The notes under the pieces: model-generated
Databases searched by the model: none
The model's input: the letters and a program-made list of their open reading frames with translations, nothing else
Told to the model about the DNA's origin: nothing
Program-made: the position numbers and the translations under genes
Shown: positions 38,170 through 49,797 of the stretch, one piece after another
Layout of the letters: each line of letters opens with the position of its first letter
Position numbering within the stretch: position 1 is the stretch's first letter
Assembly (NCBI GenBank): GCA_004431415.1
Contig: QPMI01000204.1
Location: 62,001-126,000, forward strand
Length of the DNA stretch: 64,000 bases
Direction: 5' to 3'
From: Cyanophora paradoxa CCMP329
Taxonomy: Eukaryota > Plantae > Glaucophyta

Positions 38170-38400
38170 GCGCTGATCGTGGGGCTGAGCTCATGCAGAC
38201 ACCGGGCGATCCATGCGGGGCGCCTCACCTCTCGCACCCGCGCCCATTCTCCGCTACGTGCTCGAGCGCGCCTTGAGCTTTGGCGAGCAGCGGACGTGGA
38301 AACGAACGGGGAAAAAAAGAAGGGGGGGGGATGGGTTCAGGCGGTAGCTGTCTAGGAACTTTCGGCTGCGAAGATGGTGCGCACGCCAGGCGCGCAACTG
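38170..38400. promoter_or_regulatory. Putative PAN2/CCDC25 bidirectional promoter (duplicated at 43386-43614)
   Basis: Lies in the 280 bp between divergent ATGs; near-identical direct copy ~5.2 kb away. Confidence 0.7.
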
Positions 38401-39568
38401 TTAGATCTAGCACCATCAACGCGCCCCGCACACTCCGCGCGCACCCCGCGCACACGCTGACTCGCTTCACCGCTGCCCTTGCTGTGCAGGTGTTCTATTT
38501 CACAACAATAGGTGCGCTCGCGCATCGCCGCTCTCTGTTGAGCCGCCGTCGTGTGCTCGCCACCGGCGCCGCGCCCGCCGCTCGATCCTCACGCGCTGCC
38601 CGGGCGACCTGTCTGCAGACCCGCAGTACACCATCTACATGGGAAAAGATAAATACGAGAACGAAGAACTCATCAGACACGGGTGGCCGGAGGACATCTG
38701 GTGCTCACTGCGAGGTTTTGACTGAGCGCCCGCCGCTGACTCGAAGACAGGTTTCACGTTGACAAGATGTCGTCTGCGCACGTGTATATACGTATGCCGA
38801 AGGGAAAGACTATTAACGATGTTCCACCGGAGGTCATAGAAGATTGCGCCCAGCTGGTGAAGCAGAACTCCATTCAGGGTGAGGATCGATATCTCGAGTG
38901 GTTGGCCTGTTCAGTATAAAACCCTAAACGATTTCGAAGGATGCAAGGAGAATAACGTTTCCATCGTGTATACCCCGTGGAGCAACCTGAAGAAGACGGG
39001 GGGCATGGATGTGGGGCAAGTTGGCTTTCACAGTGACAAACTGGTGCCAAGCACAGGTGGGGTCGTCGAGGTCACTCCGCTGACGGGACCGATTGCAGGT
39101 CAAGACAGTCAAGGTTGAGAAGAAGAAGGCAGAGATAGTCAACCGGCTGGAAAAGACTCGCGTTGAACGAGAGCCCGATCTTGCAGGTGCCTCCCCATGA
39201 GACCGTAGTACTTTGATGTACGTGTTGGTCTAAGTCCGCTTGTAGCGGAGCGTGAAGCTCGCGATCGGGCTGAGCGAGCCGAGAAGAAGGAAGCAATGCG
39301 GCAAAAAGTCTGTGGCCAGTTCGTCCCATTCGTTGTCGTGTTCTGAAGTCGTGCTGCAGCAAAAAGAGGATCTGGAGCTAGCTGCAGAACGCAGGAAACT
39401 TGCTGAGCAGAAAGAGTACAGTGCGTTCCCTTCCGCTTCTTACGGATGATTATCTGACCTGGTTTTTATTGCCCAGCTTTCCTGAAAGAGGACAAGATGC
39501 ACACGAATAAGGAGAAGGAGGCCAAATCAATTGAGGATGTACGTGCGATTGAGGAAGACTTTATGTGA
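38374..39568 (+). CDS. CCDC25: CCDC25 / NFACT-R (DUF814) protein; first coding exon is ATG only
   Basis: M|[31 protein letters not shown]|[14 protein letters not shown]; [13 protein letters not shown]; [10 protein letters not shown]; ends EEDFM*. Confidence 0.95.
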
Positions 39569-39926
39569 GCATTTGAACACGAACCGAATCACGAGGTCCG
39601 GGTTATTCGATTTTCAAGAAGGGTGGGATGCATTTGCAGAGGCGACATATGGACCAGCTGCGTTCAGGAGTAGACACGTGATGCACGCCAGCAGCTAGCT
39701 AGCTGCGTCTGTGAACTACGCCTGTCTGGGCTACACATAGGAGGGTGCGGCCCTCGCCGTTGCCGGCCCGGCCGTTCCCCACCAAAACCCGTAAGGGGAG
39801 TAACGCTCCACCCCCGCACAGCCTAGGCCGTCTGCGTGTCGTGTGCAGCATCATGTCGTCGTTCTTGGGCGGTGGGAGTTCCTGCAGGCCCGGCGGGGCC
39901 GGGACCCATCGGTAGCCTGCGTGGGC

Positions 39927-41413
39927 ATCATGATCATACCTGCGTTTTAAGCGATGCAGCTGGCACGTAGCTCTGGCATGACTTCGCAAAACTAAACCAC
40001 CATTACTGCTTAATTGTGCACCAGACCAGAGCTGCACTGAATAATTTAGTGCGATCGATAAGCAAGCCCCTCTGCTAGAAAATTACTGGACAGTGATTTC
40101 TCACCGGCGAGTCAGCTTTCTGCAGAATGTAGAGCGAGTTGGGATGTTCCAGCTGACACTCGAGTCCAGGATCACATAAAACGGATGCATCCAGCGCCCG
40201 GACGATGCGAAACTCATAGGCCTGTAGCCGCTCAGATTGGGGGGCGATGGTATCTCTTTCGGAAAAACCTTCGCAAGCTGCAGATGCAGGACGTCGACTG
40301 CAGGGTTGATCTTTCCGATGCATGTCAGCCATGAAACCCAATCTGATCAGTCTATCAGCACGGAGTAAATAGCAGTTCGTACTAATGCCCGCGAGGACCT
40401 GTCAGGCGCAAGCGTGCTGGTTGCCAGCGAAAACCGCAGGCACGCGCGTGGATCTCCACGTCCGCAGGGCGCAAGGTAGCGGAGAAATGACACAGATCGC
40501 ATCTGCGCCCAGAATCTCGCAAAGCCCGCACACCTCCAACTGCAGCAAAGAATGAAAACGCGCGCGCACAGATGCTCGCACGTGGCCGAGTCGAGGTCGA
40601 CCCCGTCGTCCTGTGCGCGATTCGTATAGAACTCCAATTGGAAAGAGAGAAAAGAGAATAAAGCGGACACATCGGCAATCTCGCAGCAAGGCTTGCGCGG
40701 CTGGATTTCCAGCTCGATCGGTGCTTGAGCTTGCGCTCGCGCGGCGCCAAGCATGCGTAAACGCAGATGCATGTCGCAGCGACACGTGACGTCGACCGGC
40801 TCGACCTCGAGCTCGGCCCGGCCCGTCCCTTTCGAAATTCGAATTTTCGCACGGGTACTTAATTGTCAATTGCAGCTTTTAATGAATGCCCGACTCGGCG
40901 AGCCCGACTCGGCGAGTGCGTTTAGAGAGGTCTCGAAATCCAAATCAAAGCTCGCCGAGGAGTTCAATTGCTACTCAGCGAGAAGGCGACAGCAATGCTT
41001 AAGACGGCAGCTACAACAGCCAAGAGGGCAAGCTGGCCTGGGCTCCACTCTCTGTCTCGTTTCCCCTGCTGGTCCACCCTCCCTGAAGAGGGCTCCTGTG
41101 ACAGATCAGCTGGGTTTCAGGGCGTGAGACTCTTGATGGCGAAGTTGATGCACCGTTCGTGATGATTCTGCTTTGTTGGCGATCCCTGATCGGGCAGAAA
41201 CTCTGGGACTTGATATAGGCCCGAGCTCAGATGGGGCTGCTTGTGGATTGAGTGAAATGACTGCACGAAAGGGGAAGAGCTTACCAGGTGGACGCTCAGA
41301 AGACAAAACAACAGTGGACGCTGGGAACTCCTGTCCAAGAAGCTCGCCCAGCCGTGACTTGGAGTCACTTGTGTTTTCCTCTTGAAGCGCATAGTCGCTC
41401 AAGGGTGTAGCCA
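39927..41413 (-). repeat. Copy 2 (inverted) of 24870-26357, including an ODR4 3'-exon pseudogene fragment (40964-41413)
   Basis: Direct alignment; introns retained. Confidence 0.93.
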
Positions 41414-41618
41414 GTGTCCGCGGGAAGGCACACTACAATGCAGGGCCACGCATTTCTCCTGAGGGGACCACGCAGGGCCCAGCTGGCGGAGCGCGAGCTT
41501 GGTGTGCTGGGCCCGCGGCCGCCGCGGCCCACACTTGTAAGCCGGACATTGCAGTTTTGAATGAGCAAGATGAGCTGAGCTGATGGCACTTCGCTGAGCA
41601 AGATGGAATAGCCGCAAG

Positions 41619-43310
41619 TTAGAGACTGTAAAGTGATTGCATCGATTCCATAATTCCAGCAGAATGTTCGGCATCTTCCGCATCTCCAGTTTCAACCAAC
41701 CCTTGCAGTGCGTCTTGGGCTCCCTGAACGAAAGCAGCTGCAAGTTGGAGTCTCAGAGCTACAGCTAAACGGCACGCCAAGAGTTGGATATCTCCACAGG
41801 ATACTGCCAAGTCATCAGCTTATGCTCAAATTACATCATTTGTATGTCATCCATAAATCGCACCCAAGACTGAGATCGACCGGACTTCAAAAAAGGCACG
41901 AGGCCACCATTCTCGCCGCTCGTTCCACACTGAATCGTCATAGGAAATGGACCGAGAAGCATGCAACGCCCCGCCAAGACGAGCCCAGGCATCAGGATCG
42001 GTCGGACACTTCTCCACTTCGGTTGCATGAAACTCAACAAGCGCATCTGCATCTGCTGCTCAGTCAGAAGCAGAATGCACCGTTCAGGATGCAATGAAGT
42101 GAAAACAAGGGCACCCTCAACATGAACACAGGAAGGACCTGACATGCATGGCGCGCCTGCAGTGGCCGCCTTCACAGCTGGCGCGGACTGAAGAACACAG
42201 TCATCTTCAACCCCATGCATGTTAGAGAACATAGCCAATTGTTGAGCATCGGGATGCGTGGGGTTCGAATCTGCAAAAGCCCGCAGACACGTCTTTGCGG
42301 CACCCATGCCCTCTGCCAAGAACAGAAGCTGGCACACAGGTCAGCGATTCCAGCAGAAGACCAAGGCAAAGGGGTTATACCTGTGCACGGATGAAGACGA
42401 AGAAACTGGAGTCGGGGCGGAGCTCAAGTGCTCTCGCTGAAAACTGCACACCCTCCTTCAGCACATCAGCAGCCTTCTTGGATATTCGCCGGACACCAAG
42501 ACTCCCGCGCCATTCTGCGGCTAAGTTAGCCCATGCGACCCAGGCCCGAAAAAGGGTTTCCCGAGCGCATGCTCGCGAACCGGAGGACAGACGCGGGGCA
42601 TCTCCGCCAGGCACTTGTTGCAGTTCGTGACGAACGATGAGCAGGGCGAGCAAGGCAGCATATCCACTAACCAGAGGGTTTGAGAGCAGTTGGCGGGCTT
42701 TGCTGCGTTTCGAATGCGGGCATGAGAGACAGCAACGCGAGTCGGGGAAATGCGCACCGGCCTAAAAGCTCGTACGCACTGTCCAGGGCCCCCACGCCAG
42801 ATTCTCTCAATGCAATTTCCAGTGCGAGGCCTTCTCGTGGATTCCACAAGGTTTGATGATGGGGCTGCACTGCGAATTACGAAAGACTTTGGAGCATTGA
42901 AAAATAGCTGGGCGGACCCAGATTTTTTCGGCCACGGACGTGAGGGCGCGCAGGTACCACGCTGTCCTGCTCGCCTCCCCAGCGGCCTCAAGCAAGCGGA
43001 CGCCGAACTGGAGACTCATCAGAAGGATCGCTTGAAAAAAATAGCAAAGGCGTCTGACGAGCACCCGCACGCAGTGGTCCAGATCCTTCGGCTCCCGCAA
43101 CGGCGTGCGGGTCAGGAGCGCAGCGCAGACAGCGGCAGCCTCCGCAACGTTTCCGAGACAAAGAGCCCGCCGACCCACTGCACGGAGAGCCTCCACATGC
43201 ACAGTAGCAGCGCTCTTCTGCCCCCCCGGAATTCGCCGGTTGAGAATGGCCACGTTCGCAAGCGCCGGCGCCGGAGGTTCAGGCGACGCGGCTCTGCGCC
43301 GCTTCATATC
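41619..43310 (-). CDS. Helical-repeat (TPR-like) protein, possibly TAF1A/RRN11-like; multi-exon
   Basis: MKRRRAASP NLS-like start, amphipathic helices, ARALELRPDSSFFVFIRAQ|LLFLAEG; the family assignment is a guess. Confidence 0.45.
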
Positions 43311-43852
43311 CGCATACAAAAAGCGGGTTAATACTGGCCGTAGCAACTCGAAGGCGCCAATAAACTAGGGCTCCCGCCGCCGCCAGCTGATCGTGGGCCT
43401 GAGCTCATGCAGACACCGGGCGATCCATACGGGGCGCCTAACCTCTCGCACCCGCGCCCATTCTCGCTACGAGCTCGAGCGCGCCTTGAGCTTTGGCGAG
43501 CAGCGGACGTGGAAACGAACGGGGAAAAAAAGAAGGGGGGGGGGGATGGGTTCAGGCGGTAGCTGTCTAGGAACTTTCGGCTGCGAAGATGGTGCGCACG
43601 CCAGGCGCGCAACTCTTACAGCTAGCTCTATCTACGCGCGCCGCACATCTTGACATTTCGCGTCAACAGCCAGGCCGGCAACGGCGAGGGCCGCATCCTC
43701 CTATGTGTAGCCCAGACAGGCGTAGTTCACAGATGCAGCTAGCTAGCCGCTAGCGTACATCGCGTGTCTACGCTGAACGTGTTGTGTATTAACATACAGA
43801 GTGGGCAAAAGTAATATGTTTCCTCAAAATGCTAGATCGCTGCTGGACGCAG

Positions 43853-46117
43853 CTAGATCGCCGCGGACGCAAAAACCTTGGGCTTGTTCTTGCAGCGTGC
43901 CTCGAGTTCTGGCCGGAAGTGGCGAATGAGCCCCTGCACAGGCCAAGCAGCAGCATCACCGAGAGCACAGATCGTGTGGCCCTCGATCTGCAAGCATATT
44001 CAATGGAGCTGCCGGTGACGAAAGAGGAGAAAAATTCAAACTGCATACCTGACGGGTGATCTCCTCGAGCATGTCAATCTCCTCGATGCGGGCATTGCCC
44101 GCAGCAAAGCGGTCCATGATGTCCATGAGCCAACCGGTTCCCTCGCGGCATGGAGTGCACTGGCCGCAAGATTCATGCTTGTAAAACTAAAAATAGATCA
44201 GACTGCATTCTCGAAAAAAACGATGCAAAAGAGATTGACCTTCGAAAGGCGAGCAATGGCAGAGACGATGTCAGTCGACTGTTGGGACCCATCTGATCAG
44301 CGACGACAAAATGCCAGAGTAATATTAATAAAAATCGGACCTTGTCCATGACCATGACAGCTGCAGTGCCCAATCCAGACTTCACGTCCTTCAGAGCATC
44401 GAAGTCCATGCTATGGAAGGCTTAGAACGTAGGAAAGCATGGATGAAGAATCCGAGTCTTACAGGACATCATCACAAATGTGCTTCGGAAGCACCGGCAC
44501 AGATGAGCCGCCAGGAATCACGCCAAGAAGGTTGTCCCACCCTGCCCTCAGATTATCAGGCTGGCGCGGATGAATCAGACAAGCTAGAACGCACCGCCAC
44601 GTATTCCACCGCAGTGCTTCTCCAAAAGCTCCCGCATCGAGATACTCATCTCCTCTGTCGCCCCATCGAATCGAACGTGGGACCCACGGGCTTCACCTTA
44701 CACTGACCTTCCACGGTGCAAGGATTGTTGACATGCCCCGAAATACAGAAGAGCTTCGTTCCAGCATTGTTCTTGCGCCCGAACGATGCGAACCATTCGC
44801 CACCGCTGGTGAATGGAGCTTACATTTCAAGAATGGCACACGGACGAGAAAAGCGAACCGGCGAAGAATCGTAGGCGACACGGCCACAGTCTCGACGTTC
44901 GTGACAGTGGTGGGGCACCCATAGAGGCCAACACCAGCGGGGAACGGCGGCTTCAGACGTGGCTTGCCCTGCTTGCCTGCGAGATGCACCGGGTCAGCAA
45001 GCACTGGCAGACGCTGTTGAAAAAGGACGGAAAGAAGGCAGAAGAGCACACCCTCGAGAGACTCGATCAGCGCCGTCTCCTCGCCGCAGATATAAGCTCC
45101 AGCGCCTGACGAAGGATCAGACGAGAAGACCGAAGCGAGCACGCACAGAAACAAACCGTAGTGGACATATACGTCGAATTCGTAGCCACTGCCACAGGCG
45201 TTCTTGCCAAGGAAGCCAGCTGCGGGCGGTGTTGATCCGCGCACACGGCATGCGTTGCACCTACGCACCTGCGTAGGCTTCGCTGACGGCGCGCTCTAGA
45301 GCGTTGCGCTCGAGAACAAACTCGCCGCGGATGTAGATGTACGCTTAAGTCCCGCCGAGTCAGCAAGACGAGAGGGCGCTCATAGTGGGCAAGTGCGAAC
45401 CGGCGCGGGCGCGCATGGCAAAGCCAGCGACGAGGCAGCCCTCGATCAGCTTGTGCGGGTCGTACCGCATGATCTCGCGGTCCTTGCATGTGCCCGGCTC
45501 CGACTCGTCCGCATTAACGACAAGGTACGACGGCCTGCGAGGGCACGTCGGCTTGTGTAGAGGGCGCTGTGGAGAAACCGCACAACGCACCGGCCGTCGC
45601 TCTTCTTGGGCATGAACGACCACTTGAGGCCGGAAGGGAAGCCGGCACCACCGCGGCCGCGAAGACCAGAGACCTTGATCTCGTTGATGATCCACTCAGG
45701 GCCGAGCGACAGAAGGTCCTTCGTCTTGTACCAGTCGCCCTGAGAAGCAGGCGGCGTTTGTGTAAAAGGGCATGCCTGGGCGGCAGGCGAAGACTCTGCC
45801 CACCCTCTTCATGGCGCCCTTGATACCGACATCGTGCTCGCCGTAGATGTTCGTGAAGACTGCGCTCGCGGGCCGCATTCAGCGCACGCCGCGTGACAAA
45901 CGCGTGAGCTCGGGCACGCACTGCGATCCTCGTCTTTGAGCCCGCCATGCTTCCTCGCAGGTGCCGCTGCCGCAGTGCTGTTGAGCCGGGCGGACAGGCG
46001 GCCGGCTGCGATTCGCGGGCGGAACGGCGCTTCAGCGCTGACAGGGCCAAACAAGCGGAATATCGACGCACCGTGGCCTGCCCGACGAACGAGAGCCCCG
46101 GCGACGCCCCGCAGCAT
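43853..46117 (-). CDS. NDUFV1: Mitochondrial complex I 51-kDa flavoprotein subunit; 15 GT-AG introns
   Basis: [15 protein letters not shown]; [20 protein letters not shown]; [13 protein letters not shown]; [19 protein letters not shown]; [13 protein letters not shown]; [15 protein letters not shown]. Confidence 0.98.
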
Positions 46118-46291
46118 CTGCTCGCCGAGGCTAGGACGGTCGAAGTACCAGAAGCTTCTGTACCCCCCTTTCGGTCCCGGTCCTCCGGACTCCCGGTCCC
46201 TCCCGGACTCCCGGTCCCGTCGGTCCCGGCTGAAAGTGGCGCGGCGCTATCGCGAGCTGAATGCGCTGGCGCATCCCGCACGGCGCGCGCA

Positions 46292-48258
46292 ATGAGCGAC
46301 AGCCGTTCAGAGGTGGTACGCGCGTACGCGACGCGCATGCACGTACGCGGGCCATCTCACGGATCCGCGCGCAGTTGAGGGAGCTGGTGCACAAAGTCGC
46401 GCAAATCATCGTCCAGAGCAGGGGCTTCACGCCCGAGCAGGGGAAGCGTAACAAGTGGTTTTCGCTCGATCTCCTTGAAGACCAGCTCGTGCGGGAGACT
46501 CTAGAGCCCCTACGTGCATCCGGTCTTCCGATCAACCTCGACATCAGGGCTGTTTCTTCCGATCTCTGCTTCCTCCTCGAGCGCTGGAGTGAGTCCCTCG
46601 GGGCTCGCTTACTCAAATCTCATTGTTTTCAGCTTTCTCCTTCAGCGAAGGCGGTCCGGCTGGCCTGGAACTCGCAACCGCGTACAAGCGCCTCATTGTC
46701 ACACTTCGCTCAATCTTTGGAAAGGTTCGCCAACTCGCACGATCTAGCTTCGACTAGCCTAAACTGGACTACAGCTGCGGCTCTTGCCCGCATACAAGTT
46801 TGCAAGGGAAATACCACACTCGGGAGACGGATATCGATTGCAATACTCCTTCTCCACACTCTTGCATCCGCCGGAATTCGGGCTGAACGCAGATTTCTCC
46901 CCAGGCAAGATCCAATCTCTTACGGCTTGGACAGTATCTCTGACCACGTTGACAGTGAGTACACAGCAAGCGCTTTGGCTTGCAGATCTACCCCACGCGG
47001 TATTTTCGGTCAGAGTTGTGTACAGATCGCAGTGTGATTTTCCGGTTCGTAGAGGACCCCAATCCGTTGTCTCGTTGGGGTAAACAAAGCGCAGTTTGTT
47101 GAACATGCAGGAGCGCGCAACGAAGTTCGAGGGTTACAGTCAGCGTCACAAGCGCCTGGGAGCTTTGGCGGTGGGGGACAATTCATAGAGAACTATGTTC
47201 CGCAAGCGCGGTTGTCAACCGCAGCACGATCAGTTGAAGCGTCCCCGCACTCGACTTCGAGCCCAATCGCCATTCGCCAACAGGCCACTGTAGCCTCTGC
47301 CCCAGGAAATGCACGAACAGCAATGTCGCTACCACCACGCGACCGTCGCGACAGCCACTTGGAGAAGAGAGTTGAAGCGCCCCCTTCAACAAGTGTTCCA
47401 TCGTCTTCAACGGGTGCAGGCAGTTCCACTCTTGGCAAGCGACCAGGGCCAGTCACTTCGACCCACCACTCCAGGATTTCGGCACTGTCGTCTGCCCTGC
47501 AAAGTCTTGCGCTTCAGCCAGCTCAGCCCAGCTCTCCTTTACAGGGCCTCGCAGTCCACCAGCAAAGTCCGATTTCCGAACCTGACTTCGGAGCTTTTCG
47601 CCCTAGCTCCCTTGGCCGTTCGCCGATTTCCCCGCCAGAGTTCCTCAGTACGCCGCCATTCTTTGTGCCCCCTGCTTCATCGTCAGCAACACGCAATCTC
47701 TCCCTTGCGCCCTTCGCATCTGGCACATCACCTCCGTCTTATCTGCTTCACCCGCTTTCTTCTGCTCAACTAGGAACAATTGGACTGGGATTTGATTTCC
47801 ACAAACCCTTCGCCTCCTCAACGACTCCATTGCCTCCTCAGCACAGTCTTGGAGAAGTCGCATGCCCATTTTCCTTCGCCTCGTCAGCGACACCATTGCC
47901 GATTCAGCTTCCTTTGTTTGTTCGTATATCTTGATTCATTTTTTTTGAACTCCCTACTAAGCTGTGTCCAGGACGCTCTCGCAAATAGTGAGAGCGTTCA
48001 TGATGATGTGAGTGCCATCTACATTTTGTGGCTGAATCTAACATTGTGCTCTTTCTCCAGGGGCTGGCTTTCGCTCTTAGCGGCGGTGAAGCGGATTCAG
48101 AGGCTGCATTAGGTAGTCTGATAAGGCTGATTGACAGTGCTCTTTTCGACGGTGCAAGCCCATCGTCATTGCTGGCATCCGCCCCCTGTGTGTCGATCAG
48201 ATCTCTTTGGGAAGAGGTGGAGCGCTTCAAGACCATCGGTCGAGCACTTCAAGATTAA
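46292..48258 (+). CDS. ATG13: Autophagy protein Atg13-like (N-terminal HORMA domain, Ser/Pro-rich disordered region)
   Basis: HKVAQIIVQSR...RNKWFSLDL...LLERW; long Ser/Pro-rich exon 47212-47860. Confidence 0.8.
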
Positions 48259-48328
48259 TTGCCACTTCAAGAGCACTATAGCTATAGCTGTATTGCAATA
48301 TTGGACACATGAAGTTTAGTATACATTG

Positions 48329-48755
48329 TGCATTTCAGATATACACACGCGTTATCTGGACTAGCCCAGTAGCTGTTCGGACAAGCAGTGTAGGCTGAGC
48401 ACTGCGGCAATCCACTGGGCTCTCTCGGATAGGCAACTCGATGTCGAGATCGAAATCGAAACCGAGGGGTCGAAAACGAAATCTATTCCTTCTGTTGCTT
48501 TTTCTCACAGGACTAGGCGTGCAGGCCTTGCCGGAGGGCTCGCTCGTTCGCCACCGAATGAGGGCCGCTAAGGGAGAGGAATACAGCCTCCCCCGCTCCC
48601 GCGAGGGGCGCAGAAGGTGGAGCCTCATCGCATTGTGTCAGACTCTGAGAAGGGGGCGGCGCTGGAACTGTGGCCGTCGCGATCCGTGAGGGTCGCGGAA
48701 CTGCTCTCTAGTAGTAGGCTAGTTCAGATATCGTGTGTGTCATATCTGAAATGCA
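48329..48755 (-). mobile_element. MITE-like element copy C with both termini (imperfect ~40-bp TIR starting TGCATTTCAGATAT)
   Basis: Left TGCATTTCAGATATACACACGCGTTATCTGGACTAGCC; right (revcomp) TGCATTTCAGATATGACACACACGATATCTGAACTAGCC; no TSD seen. Confidence 0.85.
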
Positions 48756-48884
48756 GCTGGGCTTAGGTCGGATGTCTTTGATTACGACTGCGATTAAGGG
48801 CTTGATCATGATGACTGAGCTGCACACGACGATGCGATGCTGCACACAGGAAAGGACGACACGACGGCATACTGTGAATTACGA

Positions 48885-49518
48885 TTACGTTCTGTCAATT
48901 TTGATCTCGCGCAGATCTCGCAGATAGTAGCAAGATACTGGTATAGTAAAAAAAAGTCAGGAGACTAAAAAGAAGAAATTAGAAATCAGAAGAAGAAGCG
49001 CACGTTCGCCAAGAGTGCTGAGCAGGAATGTGCAGACGAGCAAGGTGACCCACCAAATCCAATTCGAAGGAGGACCTTCGCTTGCCATAACTAAGTGGCC
49101 GTCAGAGACCGAGGGAAGCGAATGGAGATTCAAAAATGACCTATGCAGCTTAGGACGACGTGAATAAAGGACATGGAGCACGCATAGTCCAAGGTCTTCC
49201 GAGTGCTCCTCACGACAAAGAAGAGCAGGAAGACGCCAACGACGTACGTGAGGATCAGGTTCAACCAGCACGCTGCAGGGTGTTCGGCGAGACTGACGCA
49301 CGCGGAACATGGATCCGCAGGGCGTGCGCACCGAGGTTCTTGCCACCGGCAGCCGGGTTGAAGTTTGAGTGATCAAAAGGGATGCGGCCGTCGTAGGGGA
49401 TTTGGAATCCTCCAACGAGTATGCCAGAGAACACGTAGCTAGCGGAGTACCACAGCACAAGGCAGATGCCAAGCTTTTTGAGGATGACTTTCGTGTCGTC
49501 GTCGCTCTTGGCGCCCAT
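48885..49518 (-). CDS. TMEM244/SYS1-like small membrane protein, multi-exon
   Basis: TKVILKKLGICLVLWY, RIPFD, DYACSMSFIHVVL, PSNWIWW, LGE|LSCYYLRDLREI. Confidence 0.7.
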
Positions 49519-49797
49519 CCCCAGGGGCAAAGCAGATTAGCTACGAGGCTCGGAATTAGCGCTAGCGCTTGGCTCGAGGCTGAACTTGTCTCTACGTTTT
49601 TAGCTAAGCGTCAGCGGCCGGATTAGCTACGAGGATCGCCAGGCTGCGCTCACAAGCTAGAGAACTCGCTCCGCAGTGTTGGTACCTTAGTCTTGGGCGC
49701 CCAAATCGAGTAGCGCCCGTCTTGGGCCCTTGGGGATATTGGGGGTACGCGAATACTCGAAGAGCGCGCTTCCACAGCTGGCCTGGCCTCTGGGGCC

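Noticed and set aside
48329-48755. This MITE as the source of the C..G scars
   Set aside because: Its conserved ends appear to be TGCA...TGCA with no 3-bp TSD, so the link is unsupported.
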